Assembly: GCA_041686075.1 (NCBI GenBank)
Contig: JAWLEO010000017.1
Location: forward strand, 12,256-76,255
Origin: Bacteroidales bacterium
GTDB taxonomy: Bacteria; Bacteroidota; Bacteroidia; Bacteroidales; VadinHA17
Length of the DNA stretch: 64,000 bases
Direction of reading: 5' to 3'
Part shown: in pieces, positions 1-9,602 of the stretch
How positions within the stretch are numbered: position 1 is the stretch's first letter
How the letters are laid out: the number at the start of each line of letters is the position of its first letter
Program-made: the position numbers and the translations under genes
The notes under the pieces: generated by a model
The model's database searches: none
Told to the model about the DNA's origin: nothing
Seen by the model: only the letters and a program-made list of their open reading frames with translations

Positions 1-389
1 CTGACAGTTACAGGATCATGGTTAAAAATGAGATAAATACTGACCGGGAGAAGCATACCTCCCAGTGCTGCAAAAACGGGGAATGATGCTTTCTTAGCGG
101 TATTAAGATGACCTATCAACATTTCTCTCTTTATCTCAAGGCCTATCATAAAGAAGAAAATAGCCATCAGTCCGTCATTGATCCACAAGAGAACAGGTTC
201 TTCCAGTTTAAAATAGTCTGATTCTATTCCGATCTGATAATTAAATACTGCATCATATATGTAAGCCAGAGGCGAGTTTGCCCATATAAGTGCCAGGACA
301 GTAGCCGCCATTAGCAATACTCCACCATATATTTCGGGCTTTATAAGTCTACGTCTCGGGCTTGAAGAACGAACGTTTTGCTTAACCAT
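1..389 (-). CDS. nhaA: Na+/H+ antiporter NhaA, N-terminal part (gene runs off the window edge)
   Basis: Not in the ORF track. My own reverse-strand translation from ATG (rc of 387-389) gives MVKQNVRSSSPRRRLIKPEIYGGVLLMAATVLALIWANSPL...LLWINDGLMAIFFFMIGLEIKREMLIGHL. The WINDGLMAIFFF.IGLEIKRE block is the NhaA signature. Confidence 0.75.
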   Translation of the reverse strand, partial: MVKQNVRSSSPRRRLIKPEIYGGVLLMAATVLALIWANSPLAYIYDAVFNYQIGIESDYFKLEEPVLLWINDGLMAIFFFMIGLEIKREMLIGHLNTAKKASFPVFAALGGMLLPVSIYLIFNHDPVTV

Positions 390-643
390 AATATTTATCG
401 ATAAAAAATATCCGGCAATTATAATTAATTAAAACTTGAAAAACAATACATACTTCCACATCCCGGTCCTCACCGAATGGTTATTCTCTTGAAATGTTGT
501 TATGGCGATCTCTGCCCTCGTATGGCTTCAGCTGTCCGAATCCATGATAATGCATGGAAAATTTTACTTCCCTACGGCATGATATTATAGGTAAAAAACA
601 GAAGAAGAAATAACAAGCAGTATTTTCGCATATTTTGTTTTAA

Positions 644-3007
644 TTATTTTACAACGGAAATCCTATATATATTTATACTAACAGGATCCACTTCCAGTGT
701 CTTCATATGCGATAATCTGATGGGACCGGTAATTGTTACACTTTCCGGCCTTCCGGGTTCGTTATATGCCATATCATCAGGTGCTTTAATCGACCAGTAC
801 TCAGCCACAAAACCTGCTTCAGCATTTTCGACATCGATATTGAGGGTAATCTCATTCCATGTAGGGTTAACAACTGAAATGGTCAGGGTATCTGCCGATT
901 CATCCAAAGCGGCAGCGATATCCAGGGGTCGTGTTTCACCACTTATCTTTACCGGGGTAGTCCCATAGGTTGAGCGATATAATTTAAGCACCTTGCCTGT
1001 TGAGGCCATAACTGAATGAGTTGTATTAGTCTTAATGCATCCAATAACATTGACAGTCTGGGCATAGTTTGCCATATAAATTATATCTGACTGTCTGTAA
1101 AACTCGTTCATACCGGCAGCAATGCCGAGAGCATCCCTCATAAAGTACCTTGTGCCGAGCTCCCCGTATATATGGGGACCATACCAGTAATTATACTCAT
1201 CAAGGCATATTTTTATATCCTTTTCAGCCAATCCCGGTATTTCTTCCCTGTATTTACGGTGAGCATCAGCCTTCGCTTTTATTGCTCGGGGTATCTGCAG
1301 GATGTGTGTCATCAAGCCACCACCATGCCAGTCCTGGCGATAAAAATGTTCACTAATAAGATCCATATTATCAGCACAGTTAGAGAGTATTATTTCGTCC
1401 CACTCTCCCACATTGCCAACTGCCACGATAACAATATCAGGATCAACTGATTTCATTGCCTCGGCAAAATCATTATGTTTCTGTACAAAAGCTTCGGTTG
1501 GCATATGTCCCAGTTGCCAGCTGCCATACATTTCATTTCCCACTGACCAGAATTTGACATTCCATGGTTCAGGCTCACCGTTAGCAGTTCGTAATCTGCC
1601 CATAGGCGTATTCTGGTGGCCATTACAATACTCGACCTGCTGACGAGCTTCTTCCGCAGTTCCGAGTCCTGCATTTACAGCGATATAAGGCTCTGTATCC
1701 AGTATGCGGCAAAAGTTGATAAATTCATGCATCCCAACATCATTATGCTCAATGCCGGTCCATGCAGGATTTTTCCGCGGTGGCCTTTTATCCCTCGGCC
1801 CAATACCGTCCTTCCAATCATAGCCACTCACAAAGTTACCACCTGGCCACCTGTAGACTGGTGAGTTAAGTTCTTTCAAGAGGTCCAGTACGTCTTTTCT
1901 GAAACCATCCACATTATCAGCGGGCATAAGGCTGAGAGTCCCTACGTAGAGCTTACCGGTGCCTGTACCGCCAATTTCAATCGAGGCATTATGGCTAAAA
2001 ACACCAGAGGTAAAATTCAAGGGATATTCGTTATAACCAGGATCAAACGAATCCAGGGTAAGGGTTTCAGTGTAATCGCCCGATGAAAGTGTAACTCTTA
2101 CTTCTTCAATTCCCCTGTCAGCCTTGAGTATTATTCTCCCGGTATACTGCATACCATTTTTTAATCCAAGCTCATTCTGCACAAGAGAAACATCACCTCC
2201 CGGCATAATATTCAGAACAGGGGTAATTTCACCAACATATGAATTTATGTCTGTTATTTCAAAGAAATCATTTTCCCCATGGATTTCCCATTCCGATTCT
2301 TCAGCGCCCGGTTCATAAAAGAACTTCCTGTCTTTGATCATCTCCGCCCATATACCTCCATAGATGCAGCGGCCCAGGTGCTCGATAAACTGTCCGTAGA
2401 TATATTTCGATATAGGCGCACCTGTTTCTCCTGCATTTATAGTTATTGCTGTATTAAATTTTTCCTCTTTCAATAATTCGAATCTCATATCATCAAACCA
2501 TACTCTTCCGCTTGCTCTTCCATCGAGACTGAAGACGCAGGATACAATCGCAGCATCGTTCTCACCCGTTTCAAAAATATATTCTACTTTCTGCCAGTCA
2601 TGTGTTCCCGTTAAACCTGTTGGTTCCACAGGCATGCCGTCGATTCTGATACCCGCACCCTTTTTTCCCACAGGAACAAGGTTTTCGGTTTTTATCCACC
2701 CGGTAAAGGCATATTTTGACCATGGTTTCAGGTTAACTTTATTATACCACCTGCCATATGAGGGTGTATTACTGTAAATTGTAAGGCTTTTATTTCCATG
2801 TTTTGCGTCGAAGTCATAGAAGTGAATAGCGCCATCCCTTCGGCTTTCCGGTGGAACCTTCCAGAAAAATATTTCCGACGACATTACATCTTCGGCCGAA
2901 CCATTTCTCAATTCGCCCCATTTGGATCCTGTCCAGGGCTGATTTTCATAGCTGTCGCATGAAGCCATGAATAGAACTGCAAGAATAAAAAATAATAATT
3001 TTTTCAT
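644..3007 (-). CDS. GH51-type alpha-L-arabinofuranosidase with N-terminal carbohydrate-binding-like domain, lipoprotein
   Basis: Track ORF 644..3076. The WSVGNEMYGSWQLGHM motif matches the GH51 catalytic GNEM..WQ.GH block. I moved the start to the ATG at 3007 (MKKLLFFILAVLFMASC lipoprotein signal). Confidence 0.7.
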   Translation of the reverse strand: MKKLLFFILAVLFMASCDSYENQPWTGSKWGELRNGSAEDVMSSEIFFWKVPPESRRDGAIHFYDFDAKHGNKSLTIYSNTPSYGRWYNKVNLKPWSKYAFTGWIKTENLVPVGKKGAGIRIDGMPVEPTGLTGTHDWQKVEYIFETGENDAAIVSCVFSLDGRASGRVWFDDMRFELLKEEKFNTAITINAGETGAPISKYIYGQFIEHLGRCIYGGIWAEMIKDRKFFYEPGAEESEWEIHGENDFFEITDINSYVGEITPVLNIMPGGDVSLVQNELGLKNGMQYTGRIILKADRGIEEVRVTLSSGDYTETLTLDSFDPGYNEYPLNFTSGVFSHNASIEIGGTGTGKLYVGTLSLMPADNVDGFRKDVLDLLKELNSPVYRWPGGNFVSGYDWKDGIGPRDKRPPRKNPAWTGIEHNDVGMHEFINFCRILDTEPYIAVNAGLGTAEEARQQVEYCNGHQNTPMGRLRTANGEPEPWNVKFWSVGNEMYGSWQLGHMPTEAFVQKHNDFAEAMKSVDPDIVIVAVGNVGEWDEIILSNCADNMDLISEHFYRQDWHGGGLMTHILQIPRAIKAKADAHRKYREEIPGLAEKDIKICLDEYNYWYGPHIYGELGTRYFMRDALGIAAGMNEFYRQSDIIYMANYAQTVNVIGCIKTNTTHSVMASTGKVLKLYRSTYGTTPVKISGETRPLDIAAALDESADTLTISVVNPTWNEITLNIDVENAEAGFVAEYWSIKAPDDMAYNEPGRPESVTITGPIRLSHMKTLEVDPVSINIYRISVVK

Positions 3008-3033
3008 AGTTATTATAGTTTTATAATGTTTGT

Positions 3034-4641
3034 TTATTTTGGCAACACGGCTGTTCTCCATGCCCATCTTTCCCATTCATCTTTTAGCTTCTCCACCAGA
3101 TCGGGATATTCATCCGACAGGTCATTCAACTCGGTCCTGTCCTTTTCCATATCATATAATTCCCATTCGCCATTCGATAAAGCAACGAGTTTCCATTTCC
3201 CTTTTCTTATATACCTGTTCCATTCATGTTCGAAATAATATGTATCCCTGCCGGTATTGGAATTATTTTGTGCAACATCAACAAGGCTTATGCCTTCCGT
3301 TGGTATTATGGCATTACCGTGATAAAGCAGGGGGTATTCAGCTCCTGCTATATCCAAAACGGTGGCCATTATATCTATTATTCCTGAGACCTGTCTCCTC
3401 AGGCTGTTAGTGTCAGTTAATACTTCAGGCCAGTGCATTATAAAGGGTGATGCCACACCTCCTTCATGACCATAATGTTTATACCACCTGAAGGGAGTAT
3501 TACTCAGGTTTGCCCATTCGGTTTCATAACTTGAATAAGTACTGTCGGGCCCCGGTACAATTGAAGGATTATTACCAAACCGTAATTGTACACCATCAAA
3601 GGTGTATTTCGGCGCATACCTCCTTATCCATTGTGTTTCGGTATCCCATCCTTCGGCACAGCCGCCATTATCAGAAAGGAAAAATACAATTGTATTTTCA
3701 AGCTGTTTATTTTCTTTCAGGGTACTTAATATCCGACCTATACCCCGGTCCATCATATCCACCTGTGCCGCATATGTTGCCATCCTTCTTGCCTGCCATT
3801 CTTTTGCTTCCACCGATTCCCATGGGGGAACCCTGAAGTCCCTGTCAGACAAGACAAGGTGCTCGCCTATTATATCCATTTCTTTGAGTCGATCAAACCT
3901 TTTCTGTCTCAAGACATCCCAGCCCTCTTCATATAAATCCTGGTATTTTTGTATTACATCTTCGGGGGCATGAAGGGGCCAGTGAGGTGCTGTATAAGCT
4001 ACATACAGGAAGAATGGCTCTCCCCCGTTATTGCGGTTGTGTGTCTCAATAAATTTACAGGCTGTATCAGATATGGCATCGGTATAATAAAATCCCGGCC
4101 GTGCTTCTATCGGATCATTCATGTAGGTGAGTGTTGCAGGGTCATAAAAGCTCCCGGCACCTGTTATTGTTCCGAAAAAGCGATAGAATCCTCTCTGCAG
4201 CGGCCAGTTGCTTTTATCTTCAGGTATCACTGAATGTGCTACATGCCATTTTCCGGACATATATGTTGAGTAAGCCGATGATCCCAAGACTTCGGCTATT
4301 GTAACACAATTTCTGCCGATTTCACCCCGGTATCCCCTTTCTACTTGTTTTCCACCAACCATATGGCCCAATCCGGTCTGATGAGGGTAAAGGCCTGTTA
4401 ACAGGGCAGCCCTGGTAGGGCAACAACGTGCATTGTTATAAAATTGGGTGAAACGTATTCCCTTAGATGCAAGACGGTCAAGATTGGGTGTTTCTATCTC
4501 ACCGCCATAACAACCTATATCTGAAAATCCCATATCATCAGCCATGATGAGTACTATATTTGGTCTATCATCTGACTTACTGCATGAGAATACCAGGATG
4601 GCAATAGCCAGCAGGAAAAGGTTTTTTGTTTCTCTTGTCAT
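3034..4641 (-). CDS. Arylsulfatase-family sulfatase (formylglycine-dependent)
   Basis: Signal/lipobox LVFSCSKSD. The CCPTRAALLTGLYPHQTG segment fits the C-x-P-x-R sulfatase signature. IVLIMADDMGFSD is a metal-binding N-terminal block. Confidence 0.85.
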   Translation of the reverse strand: MTRETKNLFLLAIAILVFSCSKSDDRPNIVLIMADDMGFSDIGCYGGEIETPNLDRLASKGIRFTQFYNNARCCPTRAALLTGLYPHQTGLGHMVGGKQVERGYRGEIGRNCVTIAEVLGSSAYSTYMSGKWHVAHSVIPEDKSNWPLQRGFYRFFGTITGAGSFYDPATLTYMNDPIEARPGFYYTDAISDTACKFIETHNRNNGGEPFFLYVAYTAPHWPLHAPEDVIQKYQDLYEEGWDVLRQKRFDRLKEMDIIGEHLVLSDRDFRVPPWESVEAKEWQARRMATYAAQVDMMDRGIGRILSTLKENKQLENTIVFFLSDNGGCAEGWDTETQWIRRYAPKYTFDGVQLRFGNNPSIVPGPDSTYSSYETEWANLSNTPFRWYKHYGHEGGVASPFIMHWPEVLTDTNSLRRQVSGIIDIMATVLDIAGAEYPLLYHGNAIIPTEGISLVDVAQNNSNTGRDTYYFEHEWNRYIRKGKWKLVALSNGEWELYDMEKDRTELNDLSDEYPDLVEKLKDEWERWAWRTAVLPK

Positions 4642-4704
4642 TATTAATCATTATCGATTTCGAAATAAATCATTATTATCAGGATTACAGTAATTACCTG
4701 TTGA

Positions 4705-7494
4705 TTATTGTTCTTTTTCATTTACAAAGGTATTATGATGATCACCGGCTCTTATTTTTTTCTTAAGTGTAAGAATATGAGTGCTAGCTGACATATTTAG
4801 GTCGGCATATAGTTCGTTACCTGCTTCCTGTAAATTATATTTTTCACCATCAAGTTTCAATTCCCATTGGTACGGGGAACTAATAAATATGCGGGTGGTA
4901 TGTTTGTCTCCTGTCCTGTTTTCTATCAACGCATTGATGGTACCTTTAACAGGGTCATAGACAATGCCCGATTTTTTTTCAAAGCCATCCCGTTCAAGCT
5001 CCAATCCCACACGTTCATTTTCACTTACCACCCAGAACCTGCACCTGAGGCCATCTTTAGGGGTAACATGAAATTTTTCATCCTCCCTGTTCATAGATCC
5101 CCCGTAAGCCAGCCATCCGAACAAGGGATCTTCAGCAAGTATTGTTGATGCTATACGCACTGCCGAACCATGGCCAAGATCCTGTTCTCCATCATAAAAC
5201 CATGCCCCTCTTTCGACATCTTTCCGTATCCATGCCCTCCCTTTCTTGGCCGACATAAAAGCCCATCCTGTGGCACCGTCATTTTCTTTTCCGGGGGCCC
5301 AGTATCCGTAATTGCTTTCCTCTGTTCCTGTGTTCATGAGGGACCATGCACTCAGGTAAGATGCATAACCGAGCTGGAGCCAGTCCCATGGCTCATCTGC
5401 AAACCTTAAGCCGTAATCAAGTATTGACCACCCACCCATTCTTGCCATATATGATAGGCAATGCCTGTCGGAACTGGTCGTGAAGTCTGAACCCAGCAGG
5501 AAGTATTTTGTTTCGAGCCAGCCTCTCACCGCCAGTCCTGCATAGTGCTGTTGTTCCATGAACTCGAGTGCATCTTCTTTGCTCACTTCCGGATGCGACC
5601 ACCATTTTTCGAGTTTTACATCATACCACAGGTTTGAATCGGGCTCCATATCTGTTGTTGCCCCATAACATGCAAAGGCATAGGATGATTCAAATGCTGT
5701 ACGGTCAATAGCATATTCTGACCTGTAAGGATAATCATCGTCGTAAATAAAGTACTTAACCTTTTTCTCGTATTCATTCCTGAGCCAGGATGCTTCATCC
5801 TTTCTTCCTTCTTCCTCAAGGTCATCAATAAGATCTTCTATTACAAGCTCGTTATAGCAGCCCCATTTATACGTATCGTACCATGGCAGTATCTCATAGG
5901 GATAAGTGAAATATGCCCTTGCTGTCTGCCATGCCCTTTCCAGATATCCGTCAGCATCGAGATAATCAACTTTATCAGGATACATTCTGGCAATCTGGTA
6001 CATGTGATAATAAAGCATTACGATATGGGGGTAATCATATGAACGCCATATATTCATCTTATCCAGGTTTGTGTTCTTAACACCCGCCCTCAGGAGGGGA
6101 TCACGGTTTACCTTCCAGTTAGGAGTGCCATATATACCATATGGATAGGGAATCTCTTCATCTGTTCGCTGGAGACCTCCCCAGACAAAATTTTCGAGAT
6201 AATATTCAACCGAGGCAATTTCTTCTTCATCGGGATAATAAACATTTTTCGCCGCCACATATGGAGCCTTGCAGAGGGCCGGATCATCGCATGCCAGGAC
6301 ATAACCCCACCAGTAATCAAAACCGTCGGTATTGTCAGGGCCGCGCAGCACACCGTTTTTCATATCGTATACAGAAAACAATCCGTCATACCATTTATCG
6401 GGCACTTTATGTTGCTGGCTGTTCACTATGAACGATGATCTCTTTTTGAAGAGTGTTTCCAGGTTCTCAGTGCAGAAGAACTCGAGGTGATTGGTAAGAT
6501 TATCACCATAATCGACATAAAGCATATTTTCGCCGAGTTTATTGAACTTAAGCCGGTACAAGTAATGATCGCCGGCGGTTTTTTCAAGAAATTCAATCTC
6601 AGTCTGGTCAGGGTATTCAGCTCTTATTTCATTTATCCTGTTTTTTGAGCGGATTGCTATTTTTGCATCAAGGTCATATGGCACACTCATACCCGGTACA
6701 ACCCGTATATCAAGTAATCCGTTCCTGTAAAGTATTTCACGCAGTTCATCATAGCTGCTGGCCCATTCCATCCTGAATTTATATTCAACTTCAGAACCCT
6801 CCTCACCGGCAGGTTCAAGGTCGGCATAAGTATGTTCATAACGCCAGTTTCCTTCCTGGAGGTTACCTGCATGGCCTGAATGGATAAAGACCTGGTATCT
6901 GTTTTCAGAATCAAAATATTCAAGTCTTGTTCCTGGCATAGCCATAAGGATAAAATAAGGAGGTTTTCCAGAAGGTCTTGTGAAATAAATGAATGAGCCA
7001 TCCCCGGCAATATAATGATGTTTGGTGTATCCTTTTTCAAAAATATCCACAGGCTTACCACCACGTGGTGTGTTCCATGGTACAGGAATAGCGAAATCAC
7101 CTATTTTCACGGGGAATTCCATTTCGGTTTTCAGCTTCATTTTCCAGTTAATACCCCCATTCTCTGCCCGGAACTCCTGTTCAAGACTCATCGGCATGCC
7201 TTTAATGTAATGCCTGTAATTAACAGTATTATCACTGGAGGTCATTTCAGTGCTGCCCATATTATGAGACAACCAGTCGCCTTCACCAATTCGGTATCTT
7301 ATGACCGGTCGACCGAATGAGCCCGCAACAGGACTTGCCCGGTAAGGGTCGTCATTGCAAATAATTGATGTTATTCCACGGCGGGTAAAATCGGCTTTGA
7401 TATTACCACTTGAGATGGTAACACCCCTTTGTGGTAAAATACCTGTGGCTGAACTAAAGAATAACACAAGGAATAGAAAAAATAAACGGAACAT
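4705..7494 (-). CDS. Large secreted protein of unknown function (possible uncharacterised glycan-active enzyme)
   Basis: 929-aa ORF with N-terminal signal peptide (MFRLFFLFLVLFFSSATG). It is co-directional with the sulfatase and GH51. I recognise no catalytic motif. Confidence 0.4.
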   Translation of the reverse strand: MFRLFFLFLVLFFSSATGILPQRGVTISSGNIKADFTRRGITSIICNDDPYRASPVAGSFGRPVIRYRIGEGDWLSHNMGSTEMTSSDNTVNYRHYIKGMPMSLEQEFRAENGGINWKMKLKTEMEFPVKIGDFAIPVPWNTPRGGKPVDIFEKGYTKHHYIAGDGSFIYFTRPSGKPPYFILMAMPGTRLEYFDSENRYQVFIHSGHAGNLQEGNWRYEHTYADLEPAGEEGSEVEYKFRMEWASSYDELREILYRNGLLDIRVVPGMSVPYDLDAKIAIRSKNRINEIRAEYPDQTEIEFLEKTAGDHYLYRLKFNKLGENMLYVDYGDNLTNHLEFFCTENLETLFKKRSSFIVNSQQHKVPDKWYDGLFSVYDMKNGVLRGPDNTDGFDYWWGYVLACDDPALCKAPYVAAKNVYYPDEEEIASVEYYLENFVWGGLQRTDEEIPYPYGIYGTPNWKVNRDPLLRAGVKNTNLDKMNIWRSYDYPHIVMLYYHMYQIARMYPDKVDYLDADGYLERAWQTARAYFTYPYEILPWYDTYKWGCYNELVIEDLIDDLEEEGRKDEASWLRNEYEKKVKYFIYDDDYPYRSEYAIDRTAFESSYAFACYGATTDMEPDSNLWYDVKLEKWWSHPEVSKEDALEFMEQQHYAGLAVRGWLETKYFLLGSDFTTSSDRHCLSYMARMGGWSILDYGLRFADEPWDWLQLGYASYLSAWSLMNTGTEESNYGYWAPGKENDGATGWAFMSAKKGRAWIRKDVERGAWFYDGEQDLGHGSAVRIASTILAEDPLFGWLAYGGSMNREDEKFHVTPKDGLRCRFWVVSENERVGLELERDGFEKKSGIVYDPVKGTINALIENRTGDKHTTRIFISSPYQWELKLDGEKYNLQEAGNELYADLNMSASTHILTLKKKIRAGDHHNTFVNEKEQ

Positions 7495-7658
7495 GGCTAT
7501 ATATTTGGTTGAACATCTATACCACGGATATAATCAGGCAGGTGATAAATGTTAATCATACACTTTACCCCTTATGCTAATTTATGACAAAAAAAGGACT
7601 TATAAAAAGTTTTTCGATGTTTCGGGTTTGCCATCGGCGAGCCCCGCTACGCTCCCCT

Positions 7659-9449
7659 TCAAAGGGGGAGTGTGGATCTTGAGATCCAGTTGACTAGCCC
7701 TTTGCTTTGTATTATCTCTTTGAGCTTATCCGGGAGGGGCTCGAAATTTATAGTCTTTTCACCCACGGTAAGCTCTCCCCTTTCAAAATCAATATCAACC
7801 CTGTCTCCTTCCTTATATGTCTTAACGGCTTCGGGGAGAACAATCAGGGGCAAACCCTGGTTGATGGAGGAGCGGTAAAATATCCTGTTAACAGACTTAA
7901 CAATGACTGCCTTAATACCTATATGTGCGAGTCCCACCGCCGGATGTTCGCGTGAACTGCCACATCCGAAATTATCCCCTGCGAGTATTATATCTCCTTT
8001 TTTCGCTTTCTCACTGAACGATTTATCAAATCCTTCGAAAAGGTGAGGTATTATAGCTTCAGGGTCTGAGCTGAGGATATTATATGTAAGGTTCCCGGCA
8101 AACATCTGGTCGGTATTCAGGTTATCGCAGTCAGTATAATTCCATACTCCGTTAATTTTTCTGTTCTCGTTTTCCTCGATAAAAACACTGCGAGATTCTT
8201 TTCTGTCGGTAACATATTTTTCCTTACCAGGTTTATCCCTGGGGTCGGATATCACTCCTTTCAATGCTGACAATGCCACGGTAGCAGGAGATGCAAGGTA
8301 TATCTCTGCATTCTTATTTCCCATACGTCCCGGGAAGTTACGGTTAGCCGTTGATATAACGGTATATCCATCAGCAGGTATTCCCTGGCCTGTGCCCAGG
8401 CATGGACCGCAGCTGGGCCCCAGTATATTCGCACCGGCTCTTATCAAATCCTGTATCAAGCCCTCTTCCATGGCCTGGAGGTATATTTCCCTGCTGGCCG
8501 GAAGCACCAGGAGCTGGAATCCTTTTTTAACTTTATTACCCCTGATTATTTCTGTTGCCACACGTATATCTTCAATCCTGCCATTTGTACATGTCCCTAT
8601 CAATCCCTGTTGAACAGTCTTGCCTGCCACTTCGGAAATTCCCTTTACATTATCCACATTATGGGGGGCTGCAACAAGGGGAAACACTTCACCAAGGTCA
8701 ATTTCAATCTCACGTGCATATTTTGCCCCTTCATCTGCCCATACTATATTATAGCTATTGCTGCCGAGGAAGTCATCAAGAACATCATCTGCCGGGAAAA
8801 CTGCATTTTTCGCACCCATTTCAGAAGCGAGGTTCGCAATAGTCATCCTGTCGGATATACTTAAAGACTTCACTCCATCACCATGATATTCTATTGACAT
8901 GTAGTTTGCCCCGGCTGTCCCTATCATTCCAATTATCCAGAGTGACAAATCCTTTGCATAAACATTATCAACAAGTTCTCCGTGCAATGTTATTTTCAAT
9001 GATTCAGGCACACGGAACCATGTTTCACCGCGCGTCCATATCCCTGCCGATTCTGTCCTGTCTATTCCTGCAGCCAGGGTATTGAATGCCCCTGCCGTAC
9101 ATGTATGGCTGTCGCTGCCCACAATGATCATTCCCGGCAATGCATGATAAGACATTACCTGGTGGCATATTCCACTGCCGACATCATAAAATTTTTCAAT
9201 CTTATGTTTTCTCACAATGTCACGTATCTGCTCATATTGATTGGCAAGTTTTGAATTTGTAGGTGGGGCGTTATGGTCCAGGACTACAAGTAGCTGGTCG
9301 GGATCATGTATCTTGGCGGACCCCATCTTTTCAAAGGTCTTATAAATGCTGGCTGTATTATCATGGGTCAATACAATATCCGGTTTTTTAAATACAATTG
9401 CTCCGGCTGGTGCGTCAAGTATTTTTTCTACAAATGTTCGGGATTTCAT
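7659..9449 (-). CDS. Aconitase-family hydro-lyase, fused LeuC-like (catalytic) + LeuD-like (swivel) domains, paralog 1
   Basis: Fe-S ligand blocks GTCTNGRIEDI and GPSCGPCLG. C-terminal swivel motif GDNFGCGSSREHPA. 596 aa, so large and small subunits sit in one chain. Confidence 0.75.
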   Translation of the reverse strand: MKSRTFVEKILDAPAGAIVFKKPDIVLTHDNTASIYKTFEKMGSAKIHDPDQLLVVLDHNAPPTNSKLANQYEQIRDIVRKHKIEKFYDVGSGICHQVMSYHALPGMIIVGSDSHTCTAGAFNTLAAGIDRTESAGIWTRGETWFRVPESLKITLHGELVDNVYAKDLSLWIIGMIGTAGANYMSIEYHGDGVKSLSISDRMTIANLASEMGAKNAVFPADDVLDDFLGSNSYNIVWADEGAKYAREIEIDLGEVFPLVAAPHNVDNVKGISEVAGKTVQQGLIGTCTNGRIEDIRVATEIIRGNKVKKGFQLLVLPASREIYLQAMEEGLIQDLIRAGANILGPSCGPCLGTGQGIPADGYTVISTANRNFPGRMGNKNAEIYLASPATVALSALKGVISDPRDKPGKEKYVTDRKESRSVFIEENENRKINGVWNYTDCDNLNTDQMFAGNLTYNILSSDPEAIIPHLFEGFDKSFSEKAKKGDIILAGDNFGCGSSREHPAVGLAHIGIKAVIVKSVNRIFYRSSINQGLPLIVLPEAVKTYKEGDRVDIDFERGELTVGEKTINFEPLPDKLKEIIQSKGLVNWISRSTLPL

Positions 9450-9539
9450 ATGTTAATAATCTTTAAGTGTTGAATCGTTTAATTGTTTAACCGGGGGTAT
9501 ATCATAAGTACACATTTTTATCATCCTGAGCGATGAGAA

Positions 9540-9557
9540 GCCTGCCTTCCGGCAGGC
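9540..9557 (-). terminator. GC-rich hairpin (gcctgcc-ttcc-ggcaggc) between the two aconitase-family paralogs; weak terminator or REP-like element
   Basis: Perfect 7-bp stem with a tetraloop, read directly. It lies 46 nt downstream of the stop of the 9603..11414 gene on the minus strand. The T-tract is poor. Confidence 0.3.
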
Positions 9558-9602
9558 GGGTTGAATCTGATTCGTTAATCTTCAATCTAATATCATAAAG
9601 GC

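Noticed and set aside
477-590. 37-codon plus-strand ORF (MVILLKCCYGDLCPRMASAVRIHDNAWKILLPYGMIL) between nhaA and the GH51 gene
   Set aside because: It has no signal or leader motif and no partner genes, and its composition is unremarkable apart from three Cys residues. It is probably random.
3008-3076. N-terminal extensions of several track ORFs
   Set aside because: These ORFs were affected: 644..3076, 14335..15783, 17825.., 27017..27724, 34882..36207, 36204..38396, 46950..47873, 49134.., 50348..51475, 51456..53873 and 61172..62101. The track takes the longest ORF and accepts TTG/GTG. In each case an internal ATG lies immediately before a signal peptide, a lipobox or the conserved N-terminus, so I trimmed the starts. 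The trimmed coordinates remain predictions.
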